64,000 nucleotides of DNA, taken from NCBI GenBank assembly GCA_965206595.1, contig OZ242214.1:5248001-5312000 (forward strand), read 5' to 3'. The first letter of the stretch is position 1, and every line of letters begins with the position of its first letter. The notes below the pieces were generated by a model. The model ran no database searches. It saw only the letters and a list, made by a program, of their open reading frames with translations, and was not told the DNA's origin. The DNA comes from Candidatus Latescibacterota bacterium (GTDB taxonomy: Bacteria > Latescibacterota > UBA2968 > UBA8231). Below, one piece after another: positions 29,165-39,140 of this stretch. A program made the position numbers and the translations under genes.

Positions 29165-29242
29165 CGAGGGGCCGGAAGCCGGGGCGGGTTCCGATCCCCG
29201 GGGCCAGCCTGTATTTTCTCACTCTCCCACTCTGGGCACCCT

Positions 29243-31489
29243 ATGGCATTGCTGACTCTCCTCATCGCACTCGCCCTCATCCGGATACCTGACCCTGCCG
29301 GGGCCGACGGCTGGCCCCACTGGAGGGGCCCCGGCCACAACGGCGCTTCCGGCGAGACCGGTCTGGTTTCGGCGTGGTCCCAATCCGGCAGCGGCCAGCT
29401 CTGGAGCGCCGACTTCAGCGGCCGCTCGACTCCCATCCTCATGAACGGCCGCGTCTACGTCATCGGCCGGGTTGGGGAGGGGATCACCGAGCAGGAGCGC
29501 ATCGCCTGCTTCGATGCCGGTACCGGCGCCCTGCTCTGGGAAGACCGCCTCAACATCTTCCACACCACGATCCCGTTCAACCGCGTCGGCTGGGCAAGCC
29601 TCGCCGGCGATCCCGAGACCGGCAACGTCTACGCCCACGGGGTACAGGGGATCTTCAACTGCTACTCCGGCGCCGGCGAGCTGCTGTGGTCGCGGTCGCT
29701 GACCGAGGAGTTCGGCCGCATCTCCGGGTACGGGGGCCGCACCCACACTCCGTTCGTCGACGGCGACCTCGTGGTCATCTCGTTCCTCAACTCGAGCTGG
29801 GGGGACCAGGGGGTGCCCCGGCACCGGTATTTCGCCTTCGACAAGAACAGCGGCGAGGTGGTGTGGGTGTCGACTCCGGGCGGGCGGCCCCTCGACACCA
29901 CCTACTCGACCCCCGTGGCCGCCGAGATCGGCGGGCAGCGGTTGCTGATCGCCGGCAATGCCGACGGGGCCGTCTACGCCCTGCGCGTCGCCACCGGAGA
30001 GAAGGTGTGGGGCTTCCGGCTCAGCAAGCGCGGCATCAACGTCTCCGTCGTAGCCGGCGGCGACAGGGTCTACGTCTCCCACAGCGAAGAGAACGTCGAC
30101 AACACCGAAATGGGCCGTGTCGTCTGCATCGACGCCACCGGCACCGGGGACGTGACCGGCACCGGGGAAATCTGGCGCTTTGACGCCTGTCTGGCCGGCT
30201 ACGCCTCGCCGGCGCTCGGCGACGGCAGGCTGTACGTCGTCGACAACTCCGCCAACCTGCTCTGCCTCGACGCCGGCGACGGAACCCTTCTCTGGGAGCG
30301 CAACATCGGCACCGTCGGCAGGGGCTCCCCCGTGGTCGCCGCCGGCAAGGTCTACGTCACCACCGTCAACGGCAGGTTCGAGATCCTGCAGCCGGGAGAG
30401 GGGGAGTGCCTGCTCCTCGACGAAGAGCTGCTGGCCGCCGAAGGGGGACGGCCGCTCGAGATTTACGGCTCGCCGGCCGTCGCCTGGGGCTGCGTCTACT
30501 TCGCGACCGAAAACGGGCTGTTCTGCCTCGGCGATTCCTACCGCGGGCCTTGGGCCTCCGGCCCGTCCGGCTCTTCGGCAGCGTCGACGGGCGCTCCTGT
30601 TTCGGCGGATAACCAGCCGGCCTCGATTCAGCTCGAGCCCGCGGAAGTCCTGCTCGCTCCGGGAGAGTCGGCGCGCTTCAGGGTCAGCATCTTCGATGCC
30701 GCGGGCAGGCCGCTGGCGGAAGAATCCCTGCTACCGCAGGAAGTGGACTGGCAGCTCGAAGGGCTGGCCGGGGAAATCGAGGCGGAAGATGCGGCAACGG
30801 CTCTCTTCACTGCGGTCCCCGAGGTTTCGCAGACCGGCCTCATTCGCGCGAGCCTCCGTTTCGGGACCGAAGAGAGCGCGGCTCTGGCGGCACTCGTCCG
30901 CGTGCGGGTCGCCGCGGCGCGCGGCTGGAGCGAAGACTTCGAATCCCTGAGCGCTGCCGAAGGGGAGAATGCCGCTCCCTCCCACTGGATCGGGGCGGCG
31001 CGCAAGTTTTTCGTCCGCGAGCTCGACGGCAACAAGGTTCTGGCAAAACCGCTGGCCAAACGCGGTCTGCAGCGCTCCAACGTCTACCTCGGTCCGCCGC
31101 AGATGTCGGGATACACCATCCGGGCGGACATGATGGCCGCCCGGGGGAAGCGCAACCGCCCTGACATGGGGCTGATCGCCAACCGCTACACCCTCGACAT
31201 GATGGGCAACCACCAGCGCCTCCAGATCCGCTCCTGGGCGTCCGACCTGCGCATGGCGAAAACCGTCGACTTCGGGTGGGAACCGGAGGTCTGGTACACC
31301 GTCAGGATGACGGTCGACGTCGAAGCGGACAGGGCGGTCGTAAGGGGCAAAGTCTGGCGCCGCGGCGATGTCGAGCCGAAAGACTGGACGATCGAAGCGG
31401 AGGACCCGCTGCCGAACCGCAACGGCAGTCCAGGGCTCTACGGGTACTCGGCGGCCGAGATCTACTACGACAACGTCCGCGTGTGGTAG
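29243..31489 (+). CDS. Secreted PQQ-like (BamB-type) beta-propeller with Ig-like and C-terminal concanavalin/DUF1080-like domains
   Basis: Signal peptide, WPHWRGP, repeated DA.TG..LW and SP/TP motifs. C-terminus W.PEVWY...GKVW...W...PGLYG...YDN. Confidence 0.85.
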   Translation: MALLTLLIALALIRIPDPAGADGWPHWRGPGHNGASGETGLVSAWSQSGSGQLWSADFSGRSTPILMNGRVYVIGRVGEGITEQERIACFDAGTGALLWEDRLNIFHTTIPFNRVGWASLAGDPETGNVYAHGVQGIFNCYSGAGELLWSRSLTEEFGRISGYGGRTHTPFVDGDLVVISFLNSSWGDQGVPRHRYFAFDKNSGEVVWVSTPGGRPLDTTYSTPVAAEIGGQRLLIAGNADGAVYALRVATGEKVWGFRLSKRGINVSVVAGGDRVYVSHSEENVDNTEMGRVVCIDATGTGDVTGTGEIWRFDACLAGYASPALGDGRLYVVDNSANLLCLDAGDGTLLWERNIGTVGRGSPVVAAGKVYVTTVNGRFEILQPGEGECLLLDEELLAAEGGRPLEIYGSPAVAWGCVYFATENGLFCLGDSYRGPWASGPSGSSAASTGAPVSADNQPASIQLEPAEVLLAPGESARFRVSIFDAAGRPLAEESLLPQEVDWQLEGLAGEIEAEDAATALFTAVPEVSQTGLIRASLRFGTEESAALAALVRVRVAAARGWSEDFESLSAAEGENAAPSHWIGAARKFFVRELDGNKVLAKPLAKRGLQRSNVYLGPPQMSGYTIRADMMAARGKRNRPDMGLIANRYTLDMMGNHQRLQIRSWASDLRMAKTVDFGWEPEVWYTVRMTVDVEADRAVVRGKVWRRGDVEPKDWTIEAEDPLPNRNGSPGLYGYSAAEIYYDNVRVW

Positions 31490-31508
31490 CGGCACGGGGG
31501 AAACAGGA

Positions 31509-32966
31509 ATGAGAGAACTCTTTACAAATCCGCGGTTCCTCGGCGCAGTCCTGGCCGCGATGGCGGCTGCTTCGGCGGCCGCGGTTGTCCCCGCAGGGAC
31601 TACCGAAACCGCGATGTTCGGCTTCACTCCGGATCGCAACATGACGGTGGAAGCGGGTCCCCTGCCGACAGGGTGGAACCCGGAAACCGGGGAGGGGATC
31701 CTGTGGACGGCGCAGCTCGGCTCCCAGACCTACGCCGGCCCCCTGATCCACGGGGGCAAGGTGTTCGTCGGAACCAACAACCAGGCGCTGTACAATGGGA
31801 AACTCACCGGCGACCGCGGCGTCATCGCCGCCTTCGCGCTGGGAGACGGCAGCTTCCTGTGGCAGTCGACGCACACCAAGCTCCCTTCCGGGCGGGTCAA
31901 CGACTGGCCGCAGCAGGGAGTCTGCTCGACCCCGTACGCCGAGGGGGAGCGCCTTTATTACGTCTCCAACCGCTGCGAGGTCGTGGCCGCGGACACCGAG
32001 GGGTTCCGCGACGGCGAGAACGACGGGCCCTACCGGGACGAGGCGGATTCCAGCGACATCGACGGGGACGTCGTGTGGAAGCTCGACATGATCGAGGAGC
32101 TCAACGTCTTCCCGCACAACCTGGCCGTCTGCTCTCCCGTGGCGGCCGGCCACCTGCTGTTCGTTATCACCGGCAACGGCGTCGATGAAGGCCACGTCCA
32201 CATCCCGTCGCCGTTCGCCCCCAGCTTCATCGCCGTCGACAAGAGAACGGGCGAGTTGGCCTGGGAGGACGCCTCCCCGGGGGAGAACATCCTCCACGGC
32301 CAGTGGTCGAACCCGGCTTACGGGGTCATCGCCGGCCGCCCCCAGGTGATCTTCCCCGGCGGCGACGGCTGGGTCTACGCCCTCGACCCGGCGACCGGCG
32401 CGCTGCTCTGGAAGTTCGACTGCAACCCCAAGGAATCGGTCTGGGAGCTGGGGGGCAGGGGGACGCGCAACGCCATCATCTCGACCCCCGTCATCTACGG
32501 GAACCGCGTCATCATCGGCGTCGGCCAGGACCCCGAGCACGGCGAAGGGGTGGGCAACCTGTGGTGCATCGACGCCACCGGAAACGGCGACGTCACCGCC
32601 ACCGCGGCGGTCTGGCACCTCGGGGGCAGGAGCTTTCATCGCACCATGTCGACGGCCGCCGTCGAAGGGGGCCTGGTGTACCTCGCCGACCTCAGCGGCT
32701 TCGTCTACTGCATCGACGCCGAGACCGGTGAGGTGCAGTGGAAGTACGACGCCTTCGCCGCGATCTGGGGGTCCGCCCTGGTCGCCGACGGCAAGGTCTA
32801 CATCGGCGACGAGGACGGCGACGTGGCGATCCTCAAGACCGGGCGCGAGCTCGAGGTGATCGCCGAGATCAACATGGGCAGCTCGGTGTACACCACCCCG
32901 GTCGCCGACTCCGGCATCCTCTACATAGCCAGCCGCAACCGCCTGTTCGCCATCGGTGCGCCGTAG
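31509..32966 (+). CDS. Secreted PQQ-like beta-propeller protein
   Basis: Signal peptide, WTAQLGSQTYAGP and repeated D..TG...W blades. Confidence 0.85.
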   Translation: MRELFTNPRFLGAVLAAMAAASAAAVVPAGTTETAMFGFTPDRNMTVEAGPLPTGWNPETGEGILWTAQLGSQTYAGPLIHGGKVFVGTNNQALYNGKLTGDRGVIAAFALGDGSFLWQSTHTKLPSGRVNDWPQQGVCSTPYAEGERLYYVSNRCEVVAADTEGFRDGENDGPYRDEADSSDIDGDVVWKLDMIEELNVFPHNLAVCSPVAAGHLLFVITGNGVDEGHVHIPSPFAPSFIAVDKRTGELAWEDASPGENILHGQWSNPAYGVIAGRPQVIFPGGDGWVYALDPATGALLWKFDCNPKESVWELGGRGTRNAIISTPVIYGNRVIIGVGQDPEHGEGVGNLWCIDATGNGDVTATAAVWHLGGRSFHRTMSTAAVEGGLVYLADLSGFVYCIDAETGEVQWKYDAFAAIWGSALVADGKVYIGDEDGDVAILKTGRELEVIAEINMGSSVYTTPVADSGILYIASRNRLFAIGAP

Positions 32967-32976
32967 CCGTCCGGGG

Positions 32977-34080
32977 ATGAGCGCGACCCCGGCAGAAAAC
33001 CCGCCCGCCTCCCTGGCCGAGAAGGCCGCCGCTGCCCGGGAGCGGCTCGACGCCCACGTGCGCGAGCTGGTGCACTGGCATTTCGGCCCCGATACCGGGT
33101 GTCCCTTCTGGCTCCAGTTCGCCGGACAGCTCGACTTCGACCCCCGCACCGAGATCGGCGGCTACGATGACCTGAAGCTGCTCGGGCACTTCCGCGACGA
33201 GTGGCTGCGCGGCGGGCCGGTGCGCAGGTGGGTGCCCAAGGCATACGCGAACGATCCCGTGTACGTGTTCGAGACCGGCGGCTCGACCGGCCTTCCCAAG
33301 AACCGCATCAACATCCGCGACTTCGAGATCGACTACCGGCAGTTCGGCGAGCGCCTTTCCGAAGAGGGGTTCCCACAGGGCGGCGACTGGCTGATGCTGG
33401 GACCGACGGGACCGCGGCGACTGCGCCTGGCGGTCGAGCGCCTGGCCCAGATGCGCGGCGGCATCTGCTTCTTCGTCGACCTCGACCCCCGCTGGGTCAA
33501 CAACCTGATCCGCCGCCGGGCCCACCAGGAGCTCGAGGCCTACAAGAGCCACGTCGTCGACCAGGGGCTGAAGATCCTGCGCGCCCACGACAGCGTCCGC
33601 TGCCTGTTCACGACCCCGAGGCTGCTCGAGGCGCTGTGCGAGAAGGTCTCGCTCCCAAGGGCCGGGATCACCGGGATCTTCTGCGGCGGCACCGAGATGG
33701 ACGCCCAGTTCCACCGCTTCGCCCGCGAGGAGCTCGTCCCCGGCATCGATTTCGTGCCGACCTACGGCAACACCCTGATGGGCCTGGCGCACTGCCGGCC
33801 CTTCGATCCGGAACAGGGGTACGACATCATCTACCATCCGCCGCACCCGCGCGCCGTTATCGAGCTCGTGGACCGGGAAGACAGCAGCCGTACGGTCGCC
33901 TACGGGGAGACCGGGAGGGCGATGCTGACGACCCTCACCCGGGAGTTCTTCATGCCCCGCTTTCTCGAGCGCGACGAGGGGGAGCGCGCCGAGCCGGTCG
34001 ACGACTACCCGTGGGACGGGGTCGCCAACGTGCGCCTGCTGTCGTCGCTGCAGGAGTCCGTGACCGTAGGGGTGTACTGA
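32977..34080 (+). CDS. EhpF/GriC-like adenylate-forming enzyme (carboxylate reductase component)
   Basis: WHF.P.TG.PFWL, FDP, ETGGSTG.PK, PTGP, GG.CFF.D.DPRWV, H.VDQ, TTP, GGTE, YGE.G, PR..ERD and terminal GVY are collinear with EhpF as I recall it. Confidence 0.8.
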   Translation: MSATPAENPPASLAEKAAAARERLDAHVRELVHWHFGPDTGCPFWLQFAGQLDFDPRTEIGGYDDLKLLGHFRDEWLRGGPVRRWVPKAYANDPVYVFETGGSTGLPKNRINIRDFEIDYRQFGERLSEEGFPQGGDWLMLGPTGPRRLRLAVERLAQMRGGICFFVDLDPRWVNNLIRRRAHQELEAYKSHVVDQGLKILRAHDSVRCLFTTPRLLEALCEKVSLPRAGITGIFCGGTEMDAQFHRFAREELVPGIDFVPTYGNTLMGLAHCRPFDPEQGYDIIYHPPHPRAVIELVDREDSSRTVAYGETGRAMLTTLTREFFMPRFLERDEGERAEPVDDYPWDGVANVRLLSSLQESVTVGVY

Positions 34081-34085
34081 CCGCC

Positions 34086-35522
34086 ATGGCCGCACCCTGC
34101 CACATCCCGATTCTCAGACAGGGAGAGCCGTACCGCAGCCTGCGCCTGGAAACCCTGCGGCACACAGCCGGGGGCGAGCCGGTCGCCGAGGTCTCCCAGG
34201 CCAACGCCGGCCTCATGGCGCGCGATCTGTCGCGGGCCCACCTCGCGCAGCAGCAGCTGGCAGCGCTGCCGGCGGAAGAGCTGCTGCGGATCTGCCGCCG
34301 CGCCGGCGAGCTGTTCGCTTCCGCCGACCTGCCGCTCGGCGAGCAGGCGCAGTCCTTCGACACCTACGTCGCGCAGCTGTCGGCCACCACCGGACTGCCC
34401 CGGACCCTGTGCCGCAGCAACGCCGCCAAGATCGTCTCCGCCCTCCGACAGATGGCCGAAATCGTCGGCGGACTGACGCGCGACGCCGGGTTCGATATCA
34501 TCGACAGCGGCTGGGGGGAGCAGGGCGCGCGCCCGCTCAGCTACCGGCGCCTGGCCGACGCTCTCGGAGCGGTGCTGCCCAACAATTCCCCCGGGGTGCA
34601 CACCCTGTGGCTGCCTGCGCCGGCTCTGAAGATTCCGGTGGCGCTGAAGCCGGGCGGAAGGGAGCCGTGGACTCCCTTCCGCATCGCCCAGGCCTTCATC
34701 GCCGCCGGCTGTCCCCCGGCCGGCTTCAGCCTCTATCCCGGCGGCCACGACATCGCCGGGGAGCTGCTGCTCCGCTGCGGCCGCTCGCTGCTGTTCGGGG
34801 GAGAGGAGACGGTCGCCCCCTGGGCCGGCGACCCCCGCGTCGAGATACACGGCCCTGGGTGCAGCAAGATCCTGTTCGGCAGCGATGCCGCCGACGACTG
34901 GGAAAGGCATCTGCCGCTGCTGCTCTCCTCGGTCGCCGACAACGGCGGCCGCTCCTGTATCAATGCCTCCGGGGTGTGGGTTCCCGCCCAGGGGCGCGAG
35001 ATCGCCGAGGCCCTGGCCCGGCGCCTGTCCGAGATCGAGCCGCTCCCCCTCGACCACCCCGAGGCCGCCCTCGCCGCCTTCCCGGACCCGGACGCGGCCC
35101 GGCGGATTTCCGACTTCATCGATCAGAGGCTGGAAACTCCCGGGGCCGCCGACCTGACCGCGGCGGTTCGGGGCAACGGCCGCGTCGCCACCGCAGGCGG
35201 GTGCACCTTCCTGCGCCCGACGGTGATCTGGTGCGAGGATCCGGAGCACCCGCTCGCCGACACCGAGTTCCTGTTCCCGTTCGTCGCCGTGGTCGAGGCT
35301 TCCGCGGAAGAGATGGCGGAACGGATCGGCCCTTCCCTCGTCGTCACCGCCGTGACCGAAGACGCGACGCTACGGGCGCAGCTGATGGGCTCTTCCAGGA
35401 TCGACCGCCTCAACTTCGGGGAGGTGCCGACGAACGAGATCTCCTGGGACCAGCCGCACGAGGGAAACCTGTTCGAGCTGCTCTACAGGCAGCGGGCCTT
35501 CACCATGAGGCGGCGCGCCTGA
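34086..35522 (+). CDS. ALDH-fold acyl-adenylate/acyl reductase (GriD/LuxC-like)
   Basis: VLPNNSPG, LKPG..EP, LFGG, HGPG.SK, catalytic NGGRSCINAS and EFLFP motifs. Starts 5 nt after the EhpF-like gene. Confidence 0.82.
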   Translation: MAAPCHIPILRQGEPYRSLRLETLRHTAGGEPVAEVSQANAGLMARDLSRAHLAQQQLAALPAEELLRICRRAGELFASADLPLGEQAQSFDTYVAQLSATTGLPRTLCRSNAAKIVSALRQMAEIVGGLTRDAGFDIIDSGWGEQGARPLSYRRLADALGAVLPNNSPGVHTLWLPAPALKIPVALKPGGREPWTPFRIAQAFIAAGCPPAGFSLYPGGHDIAGELLLRCGRSLLFGGEETVAPWAGDPRVEIHGPGCSKILFGSDAADDWERHLPLLLSSVADNGGRSCINASGVWVPAQGREIAEALARRLSEIEPLPLDHPEAALAAFPDPDAARRISDFIDQRLETPGAADLTAAVRGNGRVATAGGCTFLRPTVIWCEDPEHPLADTEFLFPFVAVVEASAEEMAERIGPSLVVTAVTEDATLRAQLMGSSRIDRLNFGEVPTNEISWDQPHEGNLFELLYRQRAFTMRRRA

Positions 35523-36658
35523 TGCAGGGGTTCGAGTACGAGAGCGTAACCCGCCTGGTGTTCGGCACCGGGGCTCTGGACAGGCTCGGCGGGCTGGCCG
35601 CAGAGCTCGGGGCCGGGCAGGTGCTGGTGGTCACCGACCCCGGCATCGCCGCCGCCGGCATCCTCGACAGGGCGACCGAATCCCTCGCCGCGGCCGGATT
35701 GCAATACGCCGTCTTCGACGGGGTCGAGAAGAATCCTGGCAGCCGCCACGTCGAGACCGGGCGCCGCTTCGCCGAGGAGCTGCCGCGGCCGGCCGACTTC
35801 GTCGTCGCTCTTGGCGGCGGCAGCGCCATGGACTGCGCCAAGGGAATCAACTTCCTGCTGACCAACGGCGGCCGCATCGAGGAGTACCGCGGCGACGGCA
35901 AGGCGAAAAAGCCGCTGCTTCCGGCCATCGGCGTCCCGACCACCGCGGGGACCGGCAGCGAGGCCCAGCGGTTCGCCCTGATCGGGAAAGGGGAGAGCCG
36001 CATGAAGATGGCCATCGGCGACCGCACCGCCCGCTTCCGCGTCGCCCTGCTCGATCCGGAGCTGACCGCGACGGCTCCGCCAGAGGTGGCCGCGGCCGCG
36101 GCCACCGACGCCATTTCGCACGCAGTGGAGAGCTTCGTCAGCGCCAACGGCAACGAGGTCTCGCGGATGTTCGCAGGCCGCGCCTTGCAGCTTCTGGCGG
36201 CCAACCTGCACGAAAGCCTGCGCGCCGGCTCCGTCGAGGCGCGCGCCGGCATGCTGCTCGGAGCCCACTGGGCCGGGGCGGCCATCGAGAACTCGATGCT
36301 GGGGGCCGCCCACGCCTGCGCCAACCCCCTGACGGCCCGCTACGGGATCATCCACGGAGTGGCGGTCGGAGTGATGTTGCCGCACGTGATCCGATTCAAC
36401 GGCGCCTCGGTCGACGGACGCTACACCGAGCTTGCAAGAGCGGCCGGTCTGGAGGGGGCGGGGGCGGAGGCCCTGGCGGAGGGCGTGCGCTGCTGGAACG
36501 CCGAGGCGGACCTGCCTGAACGCCTGCGCGATCTCGACGTCGAAGCGGCCTCCCTGCCGGGCCTCGCGCGCGAGGCCGCGGCGCAGAGAACGGCGCGCTT
36601 CAATCCCCGGCCAGCTGGAGAGCGGGAGCTCGCGGGCCTGTACGAGGCGGCGTTCTGA
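35522..36658 (+). CDS. Iron-containing alcohol dehydrogenase
   Basis: VVTD, GGGSAMDCAK, PTTAGTGSE, DAISHAVES, GAAHACA and HGVAV motifs. TGATG coupling. Confidence 0.92.
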   Translation: MQGFEYESVTRLVFGTGALDRLGGLAAELGAGQVLVVTDPGIAAAGILDRATESLAAAGLQYAVFDGVEKNPGSRHVETGRRFAEELPRPADFVVALGGGSAMDCAKGINFLLTNGGRIEEYRGDGKAKKPLLPAIGVPTTAGTGSEAQRFALIGKGESRMKMAIGDRTARFRVALLDPELTATAPPEVAAAAATDAISHAVESFVSANGNEVSRMFAGRALQLLAANLHESLRAGSVEARAGMLLGAHWAGAAIENSMLGAAHACANPLTARYGIIHGVAVGVMLPHVIRFNGASVDGRYTELARAAGLEGAGAEALAEGVRCWNAEADLPERLRDLDVEAASLPGLAREAAAQRTARFNPRPAGERELAGLYEAAF

Positions 36659-37791
36659 TGCGGTTTACCCAACAACTGGCTGTTCTGGTCCTGGCGGCGG
36701 CGGCTGCCGCGGCAGTTCCGTCAGACTGGCCGAGCTTTCGCGGCGATGCGGGCCTGACTGGCGTCGCCGCCGCGCCGGTTCCCGGGGACCTGCAGCTGCT
36801 GTGGGCCCTGGATACCGCGGCGTTCGGAGACAGCGCCGCCCAAGGTGGAAGCGTCGGAATTGAATCGACCGCGGCGATCAGCGGTGGAACGGTCTACGTC
36901 GGCACCCTCGGCGGCCGCCTGCTCGCAGCCTCCCTCGCCGACGGCGACATCGAGTGGGCCTACAAGGCCGCTGGCGAGGTGAAATCCTCTCCTGCGGTCC
37001 ACGGGGGCGCCGTCCTGTTCGGGGACGAGTCCGGGATCTTTCACGCCGTCGACCGGAAAAGCGGGGCCCCGCTCTGGACGTTCGCCGCGGATGGGGGGAT
37101 CACCTCGTCGCCGAACCTGTCCGAAGGCCGGGTCCTTTTCGGCAGCTACGACAATCACCTGTACTGCCTGGCGCTCGAGGACGGCCAGCTGCAGTGGAAG
37201 TTCGAGACCGGCGGCTTCGTGCACGCATCCCCGGCAGTGGCCGGCACCCTCGCGGTCGCCGGAGGCTGCGACGGGCAGCTACGCTTCATCAGTATCCCCA
37301 CCGGGGTCGAGACAGCGAGCATACACGCCGGCCAGTACATTGTAGCCAGCGCCGCGGTCGCGCGGGACGCAGCCTTTGTCGGCACCTTCGACAACGAGGT
37401 GGTGGCCGTCGACCTGGGAACCGCCAGAGTCGCCTGGCGCTACGCACCGGAACGCCGGTTCCCGTTCTATTCCTCGGCGGCCGTGAGCCGCGGGACCGTC
37501 GTGGTCGGCGGGCGCGACAAGCAGGTGCACGCCCTCGACGCGGCCAGTGGAACCCCGCGCTGGACCTGGGCAGCGGGCGCCCGTGTCGACTCTTCTCCCG
37601 TCATTGCCGGCGAGCGCGTCTTCGCCGCCACCACCGCCGGCAAGGTGGCCGCCCTCGACCTCGCCGACGGCAGCGAGCGCTGGCAGTTCGATACCGGCGA
37701 ATCGTTCACCGCCTCTCCCGCCGTGGCCGCAGGCAGGCTCGTCATCGGCTCGCAGGAGGGCATACTCTACTGCTTCGGAAAGCCAGGATGA
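36658..37791 (+). CDS. Secreted PQQ-like (BamB/AfsK-type) beta-propeller protein
   Basis: Signal peptide, WPSFRG and repeated SSP(A)V...G..W blades. TGATG coupling. Confidence 0.88.
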   Translation: MRFTQQLAVLVLAAAAAAAVPSDWPSFRGDAGLTGVAAAPVPGDLQLLWALDTAAFGDSAAQGGSVGIESTAAISGGTVYVGTLGGRLLAASLADGDIEWAYKAAGEVKSSPAVHGGAVLFGDESGIFHAVDRKSGAPLWTFAADGGITSSPNLSEGRVLFGSYDNHLYCLALEDGQLQWKFETGGFVHASPAVAGTLAVAGGCDGQLRFISIPTGVETASIHAGQYIVASAAVARDAAFVGTFDNEVVAVDLGTARVAWRYAPERRFPFYSSAAVSRGTVVVGGRDKQVHALDAASGTPRWTWAAGARVDSSPVIAGERVFAATTAGKVAALDLADGSERWQFDTGESFTASPAVAAGRLVIGSQEGILYCFGKPG

Positions 37792-39140
37792 CTACCCATC
37801 TCCCGGAACCGGCGACCACCCGGCTCGACGACCTGCTCACCGACACCGAGGTCGGCAGCGTTTTCGTCTCCAACTACCCGCCGTACTCGTTCTGGAACGA
37901 GAGCGACGTCGCCGATGCCCGCGCCCTTCTCGGCACCCCGCCGGTGCCGGAGGCCGTTCCCGACCTCGGCCTCTACCTGCACGTGCCGTTCTGCCGCAAG
38001 CGCTGCAAGTTCTGCTACTTCCGTGTATATGTAGACAAGAACGCCGCGCAGATCCGGCAGTACCTCGACACGATGGCGAGGGAAGTGGAGCTGTACGCCG
38101 GCTCGCCCAGGATCGCCGGCCGCGAGCTGAGGTTCGTCTACTTCGGCGGCGGCACTCCCAGCTACATAAGCGCGCGCCACCTGAAGGCGCTGGCGGCTCG
38201 CCTCAATGCTGCGCTGCCGTGGGACGCCGCGGCGGAAATCGCTTTCGAGTGCGAGCCGGGAACGCTGACCGAGGCCAAGCTGGGGGCGATCCGGGAGATC
38301 GGTGTTACCCGCCTGAGCCTCGGCATCGAGAACATGAACGACGCCATCCTGCGCGAGAACGGCCGCGCCCACACCACCCGGGAGGTGTTCCGCGTGCAGC
38401 CCTGGGTCGCGGCCCAGGGGTTCGCACAGGTCAACGTCGACCTGATCGCCGGCATGGTCGGCGAGACCTGGGAGACCTGGAGGGAAACCGTAGAGCGCAC
38501 CGTCGATCTCGCCGCCGACAGCATCACCGTCTACCAGATGGAGCTGCCGTTCAACACCGTGTACTCGCAGTCGATTGCCGGGGGCGGACGCGAGGAGATG
38601 ATCCTCGCCGACTGGCGGACCAAGCGGGAGTGGCACGCCTTCGCCTTCGACCGTTTCGAGGCTGCCGGGTACGAGCGCTCGAGCGCCTACACCGTCGTCA
38701 AGCAGGGGACGGAGCAGTCCTTCGTGTACCGCGATGCGCTCTGGCGCGGCAGCGACATGATCGGCGCCGGAGTCGCCTCCTTCTCGCACATGGGCGGCAT
38801 ACACTACCAGAACGCCTCTTCCTGGGAGCAGTACCTCGGCGACCTGGCGGAGGACCGGCTGCCGCTGGCGCGGGCCTTCGCGACCAACGCCGGCGAGCGC
38901 CTGACGCGGGAGCTGATCCTGCAGCTCAAGCTCGGGCAGGTCAGCACCCGCTACTTCGAGGAGAAGCACGGAGTCGACATCCTCGACCGCTTCGCCACTC
39001 CCCTCGAGGGCCTGCGCGACGAAGGGATGCTGACCTGGGACGAAACGGCCGTCACCCTCACCCGCACCGGCCTGCTGCGCGTCGACCAGCTGCTGCCTGC
39101 ATTCTACGACCCGAGGTACCGCAATGCGCGCTACACCTGA
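37788..39140 (+). CDS. HemN-like radical SAM enzyme (class C methyltransferase-like)
   Basis: NYPP, LYLHVPFCRKRCKFCYF (CxxxCxxC), YFGGGTPS, RLSLG, NVDLIAG and a HemN C-terminal domain. ATGA coupling. Confidence 0.9.
   Translation: MTTHLPEPATTRLDDLLTDTEVGSVFVSNYPPYSFWNESDVADARALLGTPPVPEAVPDLGLYLHVPFCRKRCKFCYFRVYVDKNAAQIRQYLDTMAREVELYAGSPRIAGRELRFVYFGGGTPSYISARHLKALAARLNAALPWDAAAEIAFECEPGTLTEAKLGAIREIGVTRLSLGIENMNDAILRENGRAHTTREVFRVQPWVAAQGFAQVNVDLIAGMVGETWETWRETVERTVDLAADSITVYQMELPFNTVYSQSIAGGGREEMILADWRTKREWHAFAFDRFEAAGYERSSAYTVVKQGTEQSFVYRDALWRGSDMIGAGVASFSHMGGIHYQNASSWEQYLGDLAEDRLPLARAFATNAGERLTRELILQLKLGQVSTRYFEEKHGVDILDRFATPLEGLRDEGMLTWDETAVTLTRTGLLRVDQLLPAFYDPRYRNARYT

Noticed and set aside
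32977-35522. lux bioluminescence operon (LuxE/LuxC-like pair)
   Set aside because: No luxA/B/D is present, and the motifs fit EhpF/GriC and GriD better.
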